Positions 39,228 through 53,554 are shown, numbered from the stretch's first letter. The stretch is DNA of 64,000 nt from Phoronis australis (GCA_002633005.1 NMRA01000048.1:1-64000); one strand, 5' to 3'. Notes: generated from the sequence alone by a model not told the origin. Translations and numbers: made by a program.

Positions 39228-40083
39228 GTAAGAAAACGTTATTGGCCTCCACGTCACAACTCTCACTATCAACCATAGAGACTCGCAGCTTTTGCCGTCC
39301 ACACTCTAAATGAGAAGGTATCCTAATTTTAAAAAATTGTTCCTAAATGTCAAGTGATAACATCTGGATACTCAAGGGCTACCAGTTAAGTATGGTTATT
39401 TTCAATCAAAAAAGACACTCATGATGTCCATTTTATTGTTAGAACATCCACGTGGTAGATTTTACCAGAAGGTCTTGGTGGTGCACTGGTATATGTTGTT
39501 GATTTTTGGAGGAACATGTGTTGTGCGTGAACATGGAATCCTGTTCAATCTCAAGATTGTGTATGCTTGAACTTGGAATACACGTGGAAACTTGTCAAGT
39601 TCACTCAAATAATCACGTTCACGTTGACAAAAATTTGCACTGCACTAAATCGAAATACATGTTAGTAAAAGAAAGTAAATCTTAACCAATCTTTTTAACT
39701 ATTGGCGATCCTATTCACCAAAAAATACTTGACTTAGCCATTCACATAAACCTCCGATTATTTGGCACAAGTTACGATAAAGGAAAATATTACAAAAATT
39801 CTTTACACTGAACAAAAATTTTCAGCAATTCCTAATTCATGCACAGCACAGCAACCTTTAATCTGAAAGTGCTATGAGGCCAAACATCTGTATCAGCTAC
39901 TATGTGAACAAAATATTTTACATTGATGTTGACATTTAGTTTCAGAATCCGATTTTGCAAAATCAGTGGTCATGTGCTCAGACAGAAAAGGGTGATTATT
40001 TCCGTTTTGCAACTGCTTTTTGTCACCAAATTACCTTCCGTGCCTGAGGCCATAGTGTGCATTAATAAGTTCTTTCTTTTCAG

Positions 40084-40333
40084 GAGATAGGACCACCTGT
40101 GATAGTTGTTAACCAGCCTGAAGAATACGACTTTATGCACGACTCTAAGTTACACGGACTCGAGGCAGATTATTTCGAGGCTAACAGCTCTAGCAGCAAG
40201 GACAGTGCCTCCCCCTATAAGTGTGATATGGAACTACAGTTGGTGGTCAATGACAGGCTGCTGTCAAGTGATGAGAGTGTTGATGAACGAATGAACTTCC
40301 GTATGAGGCGTCGGAGGAAGAGGAAACGAAGGG
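40084..40333 (+). CDS. Candidate coding exon 2 of N-terminal module A (acidic/Ser-rich region plus basic NLS-like tract)
   Basis: Acceptor tctttcttttcag|GAG. Open frame EIGPPVIVVNQPEEYDF...SSDESVDERMNFRMRRRRKRKRR ends G|gtaggg (phase 1); an alternative phase-0 donor is at 40351. Confidence 0.6.
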
Positions 40334-43300
40334 GTAGGGAGTGTTGTGAGGTGGTTGTGTATTGTGAAGCAAATTGGGGGAATTTCCCTAAGCCAATAGA
40401 AATTCAGCCCATTTCCATTTCACCAATAGATTTGTAGAGGAGCCACTATTGTCAGTTTGCCTGTTTAGGTCCTTTTGTGTGGAGCAGAGTAATTGCTGTT
40501 TTGGTGATGACTTTGGGGCAATATAACGCTAAAGTAAATTGATATTTTGTGGACTAGAATTGGTGATTTTTCAACTGTTTGGCACCTGAAATTAAATTCC
40601 TATAGAAAACATAGGTTAAATTGATATTTTGCAAAATGAAATACCATAAGAATTAACCAAAATAGATGAATTAAGTTTCAGTTCACTCACTGTTGCAACT
40701 CTTTCAACTTTGGTAGATAGTTTGTCCAGGAGTTGCACAAAAGTATTTGGGAATGCTGAACAATGGACCACCAGTAGATTGTTATCTAGATATAGACTCC
40801 ATATTTGGAAGCCTTTGTCGTCTGGAGTTGAAACCAAATGAACCATTTTTTTGTGAAGACTGATGGCAATTCACGTAGCCAGTGCCGGATTTAAGGGGGG
40901 GGGGGGCAGGGGGCCATGGCCCCCCTAAAATTCTCNCCCCCCCCCCCCCCCCCCCTACTATTGCATCATAGCTATTGAAGAAGCAGCTAGTTCCACAACA
41001 CTAAAATATGTCCCCACACAACACAAAAGACAGTATCATACTATCAGACATGTGCTCCTCCATGCTGCCCACTGCAAAGCTATGTCAATACTTCTCCACA
41101 GGTGGCAGCAGCAGTCACCTGTCTCACATCTCTTGTGGCGGGCGATTTGACTTTGAAGGAACTGACAAGTACTAGCACATTCACTATGTGAGCTAACAAC
41201 AAGACATAACTGTTACAATAGTCTGAGCGTGACAAATTATGTTTTTTGAATATATGCCCAACCCAACTTCTGAAAAATTTGCCCCTAAGAACACTACTGG
41301 TGTTTATCTGGAAAAGTACAGTATATATTCACCCAGGGTCCAACATTTTGCTCACTATTATGTTTACTCCTTCAGGTTTGCACTTTGCGGACTGTCAAGA
41401 AAGCGTTTCTGCCACCGGGTGGGAGCAAAATCTTTAACTCATTTACTAAAGCCTGGGATGGCCCACACCTACCTGCTAGCATCTGAAAATTGCCCAAATC
41501 ATGTGTAAAACTTTTCTGACTCGGCGATATAATCTGACTTTGTTTGTGTAAATGTTGTCACCTAAATGCAAAGTATTCAGTCACACAAATTTCTTTCATG
41601 TTGCAAACCCCTTTTAGTATAAATTTAGTAAATATCAGTGGAGTAAACAATTAAATAAAACACTGTTTGTTGAGCTAAAAACTGCATTCCAACAACGAAA
41701 CTACTAGTTTTGATTTAGACCACGCACAACAAAACTGGTTTGAACTGGTTCCTTTACTCCACCGAGAAGTGTTTTTCGGATTTGGAGAAACTGATTGTTA
41801 TTGCTCGAGACCATGCTGAGAACATACTGTAAAACGACGCATTGTGACTTAAACCAACAAGTGAAACCTGGTTCAAAGCAATGACAAACTACTTCTAAGC
41901 ACCAAAGATTATGAGGGTGTAGTGTGTGCATAACTGTCAGACTTGTATTTGAAAAACGCACAAGCATGATAAGCTCTATTTAGGACACAATATGGTGAGC
42001 GGACAAGTGCAATTTAGTTTTTCTCACAAAAGACGAAATTTTGTGTTTTTTTCTATTTCTCATTTTTTTCTATTCACAAAAGACGTGTTGCACTAAATTA
42101 ATATTTTTTTCCATATTAAAGTTCCATACCCTAGCTGCCAAATGGCAGTGTTTTGGGAAACTGTAAGCTTAATATCATCATGGAACAATTTTATAAACTT
42201 TCATTTTGGGCTTGGAGGGGGTAAGCAATCCCCTACTGACTTAGAATTTTACAGACCATTGTAAATCATGTCCTTCACACACAACAGCCTTTTGAAATTG
42301 ACATATTACAAAGTTAGTGAAAACAGTTCTTTCTGAATCCTTCTTTTAGTGTAGAACTGCCATGGTTGGACTGTGTCAGTTAACACAGCTTAACAAAAGG
42401 TTCACAGTGATAGGTGGATTTAGGGCCCTCCTTGGCTGCCAAAAGCAAAATGAAACAGCAACGGCAACAACTGCTGATCAATCAATAATTCAGTGAAGAA
42501 ACAAAAATGATTCATAAAAGTTGACGAGAGTGGCGCAAATACACAACTTAGGACTGGACTCAATCACGACTTTAAATTATTGTCCCATTACTGCAAAACT
42601 CATTTTGTGTAACATGTTTGCAAAAGTTTGTAAACAACAACGGGATAGTGGTTACAGAGCTAAAAGGAAGTTGTTTTTTACTCACTGGCTTAAAGGGACT
42701 ATCTACCAGCCTTCCTTTACAAACTTTTGATTTGGATCAGATTTACTGTGGTCTCAAATTGTTAACCTCATGCAGTCATTTTAGAGCGTCAAAAGAACTG
42801 ACAGTTTGTTATTGTCCGAGACCAGGCTCTACTAATTGGCTTGCAGTCAAGCCTGCATGGTCTCAAGGTCTTGGAACTGCGAACGTATTCTTTGCGAATC
42901 CAGAAATATATTGCCTCCCAATTAAGCACTTAAATAGTTGTAGGTGGGCTAAAACAAAAGTCTGTGCCATGCGTGGAATGTGAGTTTTAGGTTTATAACT
43001 GCTGTATAATGTGTGGGGTATTAATTTTTAAAAGTTCCCAGATCCCACTGCTGGGGGGAGGGGATTTGTGGAAGCTGATCATGATACTAGTTCTGCTGAT
43101 TACAATTGCTTTCATCAGATATACATTGAATCTTTGAACATAACCTTTGAAAACTGCAGTCTATCTACAATATTACTTTAAAGTTTTATCTGATACATCA
43201 ATTAGGAATAATTTAGAAATAACATAAGACACTCATATGAGTCATGAAAAATGTTTATATGTCTTATTAAGGCATGCATTCATGTTGCGTACATTATTTG

Positions 43301-44105
43301 GCAGGAAATTCCATAGCTTTAATAACACCTAGATGTACCTAGACATTTTTAGCTTGATGTTTTCGTATGAAAGGCTGGTATACAGAGCGTATTTGTATAC
43401 GGTAGTACACATTGTGCTTCACAGCAAAAACATAGACTGACCAATATAGTATAACATTTTCCTCCTGTAAACCTTTACCCTGAATAACAAATGGCTCGTG
43501 TAGTTCTTGTGACTTTGGCTTATTTCTAGTCTAGTGGCTCGTGAAATTTTTCTTCAGTATATAATGGAATAATTTGTCCTGGGACTGAGATCCAGTACCC
43601 TGAGCAGTCTAGACCTGCAAAAGGCTGTCTGTCTAAAAACTTGGCCCTGTGCCATTTTATTTAATGATTGAAATAGTTGTTATGAAACAGCATAGAATGC
43701 TAATTTTTTGTTAGTTAGTGCGATAAAATATTTTTCCTGCTCATGCTTTGTTGCAAACTGTTTTAAAACTTTCGCGCGTTACCTGTATCAGGTAATATAA
43801 ATATTGTAATCTCCATTGATATGAATGAGCAGCTGTGAGATGTTCTTGACATGTCAAAGGGCACGGTATCCATCCGCCTAAATATTCAAAACACAGCGCA
43901 CCAGCTAAAACTGGGTAAACTTGCGTGCCTCTATTTGTGTGTTTTTAGAGTTGAGTGGGCTTCTTTGCTTTCAGTGACAGCACGTGTGCTTTTTATTTAC
44001 GAGCTGATTATCTGTGAAAGCTTTGTGCAACTTTTGTTATATTTAAATTAGTTCCTGGTTGAACTACTTCTCGCGTAGTAATTTAATACTCGTTGAGTTG
44101 CTAAG

Positions 44106-44157
44106 ATGGCCGCGTGTAGTGAGAATAAGACAAACTTGGATTTACTAATCCAAGCAG
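44106..44157 (+). CDS. Candidate alternative first coding exon (module B) in a CpG-rich promoter-like patch
   Basis: AAG-ATG-GCC-GCG start context (YY1-like). Reads MAACSENKTNLDLLIQA and ends CAG|gtaaat (phase 1). ETS-like GGAAG motifs and raised CpG at ~43.8-44.6 kb. Confidence 0.42.
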
Positions 44158-45119
44158 GTAAATTTATTTTTGTCTCAATTTAAGGTAACCTTAAAATTTC
44201 TGAATGAGTAATCTTAATAGATATCAATCATATTCTGCTTCCGGCCTAGTGATCATTACGTTTCTCGCAAAAGTTTGGTTCTATGTTTTCGCAACTCGAA
44301 CCAGGAAGTGAACCACGTTGTTTCGAGTAATGTTACTTCCTGTTTATATTTCGTCGATTACGTACAAATGAAGTGAAATTAGTTTGTAGCTTGATATTGA
44401 TATGACACGATGTTGTCTCTGGAAGCTTTTCCTTATGAGTTGATTGTTTTTCAACGTGTTGTGTCGTGTGGCAATCCGGTGTTTGTTGACCACTTTCGAC
44501 CGAATGAGACGCGTGTTCACAGTCCACGACGCCATACTAACTCAGTCTTGGGCCAGGCAATTGTTAACTGTGTCTTTGTCACGCACTAAGACATCGCCGG
44601 CTCTCGCTAATGCATTTCTCGTCATTTTTAAGACATGTTTTATTAGTTCAATCATTCGAGTGTTTGTTAGTGTGTTTCTTGGTGACAGTATGTCAGTATG
44701 GCATATTCTAAACTGTCACTGTCGGCATGTCTGAATGCCCGAGTGTAGTATTAGAATTTTTGGCATTTAGCCCATAGGCCTACATCAAGAAACTTTGTTA
44801 TTAGATAAGCCTCTCTCCTTGGTGAGACATATTTACTGGTATGGCCAGTATATGGCATGTTTTGTTTAATTACCAAGAGGCAATAACAAACACACTCTTG
44901 AATCCTCGACAGTTTTCAAATCTTGGATTTAGAAGTGTTTTGACCAAAGTTTTCCGGCAGTTCCAATCATTTGCAATTAATTATATCCATGTATGCGTAT
45001 AGGTTTAATACAGGGCTGAATACTATAATATAGTTGTCTTTAGATTGCAATATCCAGGTTTAGTGGCTTAGGTACTTGTTGCACTAATTGTTTTCGTGGT
45101 GCAACAGTGTTCTCCCTAC

Positions 45120-45310
45120 ATGCATTCAAACATGATCCTACACAATGTTTGCAATGGTTTCCACCATGTTTGGAAATCTTGACCCATGTTTGATAAGCTC
45201 TGATCACGTTTGGAAAGCTCTGGAGTCATGTCTGAAAAACTCTGAGCCATGTCTTTCAGTCTGATCCATGTCTTTGAGTCTGATCCATGTCTTTGAGTCT
45301 GATCCATGTC
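45120..45310. repeat. Tandem 19-21-bp repeat array (TCTGATCCATGTCTTTGAG and variants)
   Basis: Near-perfect units at 45260-45310 with progressively diverged units upstream. Confidence 0.7.
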
Positions 45311-45799
45311 ATGGTCATCAGGCTAAAATAATTCACAACTATAGTTGTTTTTGTAAAGAATTCATATTAGGATGTGAAAACAACAGGCACAATTTGCACC
45401 GTGTTTGAACTTTTCTCAGGAAGAACCAAGCTTGACACTACTCTTACTTTCTGTGCAGCATGATATATACTAGTTATACCGAAAGATCAGAAATGGTATG
45501 AACGAGTGTATAGCAAGCTGCTCACCAGAAATTAGGCGTGTTTTAAGTCAAGTTTGCATTAATGAAGGACTTCTACGAAACCATACTGACTTGAGTAAGA
45601 AGTACATGCAATCACCTAAACTCAGAGTTCACGTCATCAAAGCTTTCACTGTTTTAACTCATTTAAGAAATTTACTGCAAACATAAAGTAAACCTCACTT
45701 AAGTACGATATCTGCTAATTTTCACATACCATGATGATTGACCCAAGATAACTAGCATTATTTTATGTACTTCTGTCTAGTTGCATCCTGGATTTTCAA

Positions 45800-46410
45800 T
45801 CCCTTGACACTATTTTGTGAACTATTTTTTAGAAATGGTTCGCCACATAAGGCACTCTTGTTGGTCAGAATTTGAACTATGTCTCAACCTTATCAATGGC
45901 AGTATAAACTGAGGCTGACAAAAATGTTATTCTTTGTGAAACATGGCTTCTGATTTTGCTAAAACATTTGTCGATGAAGTTGGTGCCCCATTGTGCCAAT
46001 TTTTTTTTTCTGTCTCCCTCAACATCTACCAAAAATATTCGAAAGTTGGGCGCATGAGCCTCAGGTCTTGGAAGTGTTTGGGAAAATACTGCTTGTGTGA
46101 ATTGAACATGGGGTTTAGCCTTGTTGGGCAACTAGACCCATATTGGTTCCAGGTCCTGGGTGATTTCAGTTTACAATTTACCTTTATTTGGACATACAAG
46201 GTTGTCCACTTCTCCAAAATAAAAGAAATTGGATTTAAAATGAATTTTGTTTGGGGCAGGTGAAATCTTATTGTTTTGGTGAACGGAATGCAGTCTAGTG
46301 AATATAAGAGCTAGTTTTGTGTAAAAAAATGAAATTCGGACTCGGTCTGTCGGAAAGACAGTCGAAGAATTCAATCAGCTGCTGTAGTTAATTTAAAGTG
46401 TTGCGCCGTG
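45800..46410 (-). mobile_element. Possible decayed PIF/Harbinger transposase fragment
   Basis: Minus-strand QYFPKHFQDLRLMRPTFEY resembles the F..HFR(M/L)SR.TFE motif of Harbinger/HARBI1 transposase N-termini. The frames are broken and the resemblance was judged by eye. Confidence 0.3.
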
Positions 46411-46929
46411 TTAAAATAGCCCTTGGATAACCCCAGTTGACAAATTCGCAGAGGTTTACTCGTGTAAATTCTTGAAAGTTTTCAAATATATGTGTTCACA
46501 TATCACCGCCTAATAGTTCCCATGGCACACTTTGTTAACTTGCATTGTTTTAAAAAAATGTTAAGAATTTTAACTGGGCATAATATGGTACCATATGCTG
46601 CACGGCTACTGTAAGTTAAGTCAACTATTTGATAATTTGTGATAATTTTATTCAAAAAATGTTTCAAATGACACCAGACTTCTCCAAGCATGCACGGGTG
46701 GTGATGTCTCTACCATTCTAGTAAGGTCAGGCAGCTGTAGCAGTGGAGCTGTTCTGGTATTTGTTATTCAAACCTGAGATCATGCAAACTTTTTAGAGCT
46801 GCAAGTAGGGTGTACTGAGTAGGGAACGTTGGCTCAGTTTTAAGCATTGTGAACTTTGTTGGCAAAATCTAATTTTTGTGAGCTAATCCACTGACTACAG
46901 AATTATTACTTTTGGATGGATTGAGTATA

Positions 46930-47450
46930 TTCTGCACTACCTAGTGGCCATTGCAAAAGTTTTCTTGTCCGTTTTTTGGCGTCCGCCTATCTATCCACTA
47001 TACCTCTGGAAGGACCATGAATAATGACAGATGTGTTACAGATGAGATGACTGTGACAGATGTTGGTTTTCAGATGGGTTTGACTACTCTCGCGATTCCT
47101 AAAGGTGATTTTTTACGTCCGCGGCTACTCCTGAACCTCTCCGTTGTGAAATTTAGCTTAGTAGATGTGTTCTTGTGAAGCTGACGACAAAAAATTTCGG
47201 GCTAATCCTATAACCGCTGTTCCTTGGTGTCAGTTTTGGGGTATCTTTGGTGTTCCTTGATGGATTTTTATTAAATTTTGCAAATGGGTTTTTGTTGAAG
47301 AGACGATGACACTGTCTTTTTTTAGACAGGTTCTATGCGTTCTGCATCACCTAGTGGCCATTTTAAAAGTTACTAGTCCATTTTTGGCTCCCGGCTTTCA
47401 ATTCACCAAACCACTCAAAAGGTCATTATGTAAATTGGCAGATGTGATCC
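46930..47450 (+). repeat. Diverged ~115-bp direct repeat pair, ~410-bp spacing
   Basis: TTCTGCA..ACCTAGTGGCCATT..AAAAGTT...TTTTTGGC...AAGG.CAT...CAGATGTG at ~46931 and ~47340. Confidence 0.6.
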
Positions 47451-48479
47451 TGTTGTATTAGCACTTGAATCTGGTGGGCAGGGCCATTGGGGTCTGATTT
47501 TTCATGATATTAACTCTTTACGCTGCTTTATTGTGTACACGAGAATTTTAAAAAGTGCATCAAGTGATTTGCTGCTATACTCGCAACTTGCTCTAACGAC
47601 CTGGGAAAAATCTTAAGTCGCTACGAAGTCACCGGTATCAAAGACAGACAGTAATTCCCCAAAAATCGTTTCAAAGTTTGTGTTGACCTCCAAACTTCAA
47701 ATTATTGACAGTTTTCCCAGATTTGAATCACAATTGTTCCATTTATTTCGGGAAATCAGTGTATTTGCCACCACAGCAGTCAGCACTCATGAACCACATG
47801 CTTAAATTACAATACTGAATAGGATGTAAACAGACAGAAAATGGAATTGTTTGGCAAGATGAACATGGCTTCAGTGTGATTGTCTGCATTCTGTCTTCGT
47901 TGGCAAGAGGAATTGAGTTAGAGATTGAATGGTGCTTGTTTTTTATGGGGAGAAATTGAACAGTTTGTTGTAAGTTTTTGAGAACGGAGTACGACATGAC
48001 TAAGATTTCAACGTCACCTTTGGCAGCCTCTAATGTCTGTTGGCGACCTATAATTTTCACCAAGTCGCCAAATGCGATTTGCTGTCATGCTAGGTGTCGA
48101 GCACTGATTTGCCAAATTTTAAAACAAAGTGTGGCCGAGTCGCCGTTTACTGAACTTTCCAAAAACAAAAGTCTGGATTCGTAGGTTAACTCAGGTGACA
48201 AAAGAGCAGTACTGGAGGCTAGTGAACTTCTACAAGGAAAGTGGAGACACCGCAACACTCCCGTTCTTGGCAGCTCCCTAGACGTAACTAACTACACCTT
48301 GGCTACCGAGATAAACGAGGGCAAGTCGGCACTTTCAGAAATTGGACTGAATGCCCGCATTGTTCGTAACATGTTCCCCAATACACAGATCGCAGATCAC
48401 ATTCATAAAATTTTAAAGTTGCATATTGGAAAACCAGATGATAATTTAGAAAAGTAACAGCTTTTTGAGATTGTATCTA

Positions 48480-48908
48480 CAAGGTACCTAAACTACACGG
48501 TCAACGGACTCATAAACACGGGCACGGACGCATGAACACAACTCACGGACCTGCAAACACCGTCCACTGTCTCACAAACATGGGAACGGACTCACAAAAC
48601 ACGATCCACGCACCCAAATACACGGGACACGGACTCACATTCACGAGGAAACACGGTTAACGGATCGCCAAACACGGGTCACGGACTCATCGGCTTCCTG
48701 GGTCAGCTGACATCTTTATTTTGTCCGTGACCCGTGTTTGGCGGTCCGTTAACCGTGTTTCCTCGTGAATGTGAGTCCGTGTCCCGTGTATTTGGGTGCG
48801 TGGATCGTGTTTTTGAGTCCGTTCCCGTGTTTGTGAGTCAGTGGACGGTGTTTGCAGGTCCGTGAGTCGTGTTTATGAGTCCGTTGACTGTGTAGTTTAG
48901 GTACCTTG
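48480..48908. mobile_element. Foldback MITE, CAAGGTACCTAAACT family, copy 3 (5-bp TSD ATCTA), best preserved
   Basis: Near-perfect ~190-bp inverted arms around a ~45-bp loop; ATCTA on both flanks. Inserted into an older repeat ending CCTATGAATGTACCTT. Confidence 0.95.
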
Positions 48909-51084
48909 ATCTAGAACATTTATATCGTGTGAAACTGGTTCATATTATTGGTCCTGTCATTTTCCTATGAATGTACCTTTTTTGCTAAAAAGTGTGGTCA
49001 TGTGACTTAATTATTGGTGGATAGTTATTAGTTAAAAATTGAATTGTAGGGAATTTCTACTCTCAGAAAATATTTTGCCTTTGCTGATTTAAATTATGTA
49101 GTCTTGTAGATAGTTTGCTTATTGTACAAGCTAAGTGAAGATGGATTGAATGCAGTTTTATGAGAGACAAAAGAAGCAGCAGCTGTACTTCAAATCTTTC
49201 TCAATAGATGGCAGGGATGATTGCTGTGTTTTCTCATTTGAACAATAGGTGTCTCTCTATTGAGTTTTGGTCTTATTTGAATCAGAGGGACACTGTGGTT
49301 TCTTCTTGGTTGTTTTCTGAAAGCTACCTACAGTCAAATACACTGATTTAATTAAAATGTGTTTCTAAATTTGGTGCTTCCTTTATCAGTCATGTACTGA
49401 AATAAATTCAGCTTATTTTTGTAAAAATTGATCAGATTGCTAGCTTTTATTGAGTAGTTGTGAGATTGGCAAAACCCTCTGCTAAGTGGGTGCTCCCATG
49501 TGTCTCAAGCCTATTTGTTTTTAGCAAGTGCCTGTAAAAAGTAAACACTGTGATGCCTTTCAAACCTTTTGATTTTCCTTTCTCTTGGTTGTGGCCTGAC
49601 AAGGATTGCTGTCGTACTGTAATGCAAAGTTCTACATTTCTGTGAAATTTATTTTTTACTTTCACCAGTTTTTATTAGGAGTTTTGATTTTTTGCGGAAA
49701 TATTTGTTCAATTTTTTAGAGAAATTTCAATTCATCGGTTTTGTGTAAAATAGTTCTTTTTCAGCAGTAGGCTATATTTAGTCTTTGCGCTTATTCAATC
49801 AGTCAGCTGTCCAATAATTTGAACTTGATGGACCTTCACTTGAGACATGAACCTTTTTATTTTTTCGCCAAACATTCTTCAGAGACCTTTCTGAAAATGT
49901 TGAAAAAGTTTGTTGAATTGTCCGCTCAGTCAAGAATGTTCATGTTTGGAAGTGTGCCAAACACATTTCTAGCTTTTATCCAACATTGTTTCAATGTTCA
50001 GTGCATATTCTGTTGTATGGTATTATAGGGATTGGCCGGTCATGAATTGAGAATATGCTTACCAGCTTTCACCATTGACGAGACCGCAAAAAGGCATTGA
50101 AAAAACTCATTCATGGTGATGCACACTGTTTTTAGAACTGGGCAATACTACCATACTGTTGATTAGCGACCTGTGGATGTTTGATAAGCTATCAATGTAG
50201 GCCACCCCTATCAGTATTTGCACCATTGCTGTTGATTATGAGAGGCTGTGTTATCTTACCCTGAACAAATATTTCCTGAGCCAACCCAACCCACTTGTTT
50301 GATAACTGGTGACATGCTGAAAATAAATTCGGAAATTTGATGTAACCTGTTGGCTTCCCCAGCATCATGGGGGTGTGGTTGTGAAAGGTAGATACGAGCA
50401 CTTACATAAGGCTTTGCTGGTAGCTGTTTACACCATAGTTATCTGATGGAAGTCCAGTGTTCCTTGTGAAATATTAATGTTGGCCCATGGAAAAGTATCC
50501 ACCTGTTTGAATGTCACTGTGTTGTGTAATACAAAGAAACAAATGTGAGATTTTATTGAAAAACAAAAAATGGGTTGTGCCATAGTCTGAAGAGCTTTTA
50601 AACTCATAAAAATGTTAATGTAGTGGTTGCGGGTTTATGCTCGTTTTCGAGCTACTCAATGTTCTCAATCTCAGACAAATCAAACTCCACGAGAATTGGA
50701 AAATTCATGAACATTTTCGAAAGTCTATACCGGTTACAAGGGGGTGTTTGTATATTTAGCCTTAGAAGGAATTAATTAAGCTAGTATCAAAAGTCCAAAA
50801 CGTCCTAATTTGTTTAAGAATGAATAATCTTCTAAATCTTCAAACTTGTTGCATAAGTTTTCAAACTGCTTGAGTTAGCACGTTAAGGTGATATTCAAAC
50901 TCGTTGCTGTGACAAGTGAAAACAGTTTTTGAGAACGCAGCTTGCTGCCACTGAAATTTCCAAATTTTCACTTTTCAAAATTTAGCTTCACAATTTCTCC
51001 TATTCTGCATGCTTTGCTAAACTCGTGGCTTACTCATGAAGATTCGCCAATTTTACACAGAAGTAATTGTAAACATATGCAGCC

Positions 51085-52234
51085 GATTTCATAAAGGTGG
51101 TTTAACAAAACCAGGTTTAAGACTTAAACCTGGTCTTCCTTAAACCAAGTCTAGTTTTAGACCTAACTTGCATTTCACCAATCTAGTTTAATAGTCTGAA
51201 AGCCTAGTTTTGTGAGACCGTTGGGAGCCAGTTTAGTAAAACCAGTTTTAAACTATTTAAGCCACCCTGCTGTGTCGATCTGGTTGAACCCAACAAAGAA
51301 ACTGTTGAAGTACTTCAATGAAACCTTGGATCACATGGCTATACAATGGCACACACTAGTAGAACCAGAGCAGACATTTGCTAAAAAGGTCTAAAAGCTT
51401 TTCTCATGAGGAATAATGTAATGTCTGTACCCAAACACACGTACACACATTAAAGTACATGCTTACGATTAGCCGCTACATGAGGAATGTCCAAATTTAT
51501 TTCCGTGCCATTTTAGTGTTTATTTTTTGCGGCCAAGGGGGGGGGCAAGACCCCTTCCTGGCAACATTAAATCAGAAACCAATGGAGGTGGATCGCAGAA
51601 GAACCAGAAGATGCCGTCTTCAGTCAAGCCCGTAGAGCTTAAGACGATGATGTCCTGCTTGAACAGTTGTATTCTGAGGAATGCGCAGGACACCATGCAG
51701 CATGTACTGGTCTACACATAGGCGGATCCAAAGGGTCAAGGGGTCCGAACCCCCTTTTTCCCTTGATTTTAGTGATATCAAATCTATAATTTTCAAATTG
51801 TTAACTTGGTCCCCCTTTGAAAAAGTTCATGACCGACCCCCCCCCCTTAAAAACTGTGGATCCGCCCCTGCTGCGTTTGATCTTGTGTCGTCGTAAAACT
51901 GTCCCTTTTCACTCTAAATCTGCATCGTAAATGCACACTGTGGCATCATTCAGTTGCACCTAAATCACGCAAATCTGTCACATTTAACAGTTAAACCTGG
52001 GTCTGACCAAGTCTCAAGTTAATACTGGTTTAAGATCTTAATACAGGGCTAAAGAAAATAGACCTCGTTGGTGAAATGAAAATTGACTTAGACCAGGCCT
52101 AAACTGGAGTTAAACCAGGTTTTACCAGACGAATGGTCTAAAAGGTAAGCCGCCTTTATGAAATGCAGATTATCTTTAAACATGGTCTATGTCCAGTTTA
52201 AACCAGGTTTAACATAAACCGCCTTTATGAAATC
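51085..52234. mobile_element. Non-autonomous PIF/Harbinger-like element with long degenerate inverted arms
   Basis: GATTTCATAAAGGTGGTTTA...CCAGGTTTAA (51085) is inverted to TTAAACCAGG...AAACCGCCTTTATGAAATC (52234). AAACC(A/T)GGTTT sub-repeats occur in both arms. Confidence 0.65.
51717..51870. mobile_element. hAT-like MITE nested in the Harbinger-like element
   Basis: TIRs CATAGGCGGATCCA / TGGATCCGCCCCTG with subterminal GGGGTCCGAACCCCC motifs; no clear TSD. Confidence 0.65.
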
Positions 52235-53554
52235 ATCTGATGTTTTCATTTTTTCAGAGGCTGTGGTTCCATTGCCACAATTATTCGTATTTTCACCCTC
52301 TGTTTTTCAAAGACTACTTCTGCTCAGTATAAACCTTGATAATAACAAAGGAAAAAACTTAATAGTGATTTTGGTTATATAGAAATAATGTGTTCTATAT
52401 TTGAAGAAACTTTTCCATATTGTTGCTATGTATGCATTATTACCCTTATCAGGTTTTACATTGATGTCCAAAACATGAATGTTTCGTGACATATAAAATG
52501 TAGTAAAATCATCTATGACTGTCGGATCTCTGCAGCTGTCCTGCTGGTTTCATATATTTTCCATAAACACCTTGACAAGTTTGCTGAATGTCTAGCCATA
52601 ATGCATATAGGATCTCTCGTCATCTGATACATACTATGAGATTAATAAGGTTTCAGGCAGAATATGGCTACATCTTGATGACTGAGAAACTATTTTAATT
52701 ACCTAACTGGCAATATTTCTCTGTGAATGTCATGAAATATTAATTTTGCGCATGTTATTAGTTATTATATAGAATGAAGCTCATTATCTTTGTTCCCTTC
52801 TCGTTTTTATCAAATTCTTGGCCTCAAACTTTTCCTCATTGAAAAGTATTGATAAAAACCAACTAAAGTAATTTATGTAAATAACTGTTTTCAATTGGAA
52901 GTAACTCAAATTCGTTTCATCCTCGAAATAGACGCTCTTGTTCTTGTTTTCTGACCATTTTCACTTCCTTGTTGAATGTTTGCCAGACCACTGTAAATAG
53001 CAAGCGCCTGTGGTGGAGTCCTAAAAAAATGAGTTGGTAAACAAGAACGTTGCAAAGCTTTCAGTTTGTGCTCATAATGCATACTCTTGTTCAGCTGGTT
53101 TATTTTTAGACAGTTTTCCACAATAGTTCTCCTGGGAAATGTGATTTTGTTTGTTTGTTTATTTGGAATTTCTCCGCCTATAAACGTCATTGGATTTGTT
53201 GTTAGCAACACATGAGCTCACACTATGCTGTGTGCGTAAGATCCAGTTCCAAGTCAATGACACAAAAGAATGCACCTGAGGTCGTAAAAAACATCCAAGC
53301 GTCGTGTCTGACGTCATTTCCCTCAAAGGAAACCTGATAGCCATAGCTAGCTAGTGGCAATGTAATGTAGTCAACATCTGTTGATTTCAATACATTCAAC
53401 CTCTCACTTCCTAATCTGGATGCTGTGTATTGTCAATTGTATTGGGCCATCACAGGTGACTACTCCTCAAAAGCAGTTCAGATTGTTTTCTCTTCATACT
53501 GGTTATTGAACCAACTGTTTGCCTGTACTGTTACACACAAGCTGTTAGCCCAGT

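Noticed and set aside
40870-40960. G-run/C-run tract as a functional G-quadruplex or hairpin
   Set aside because: It is the left end of a common hAT-like MITE and includes an N within a homopolymer, so the run length is unreliable.
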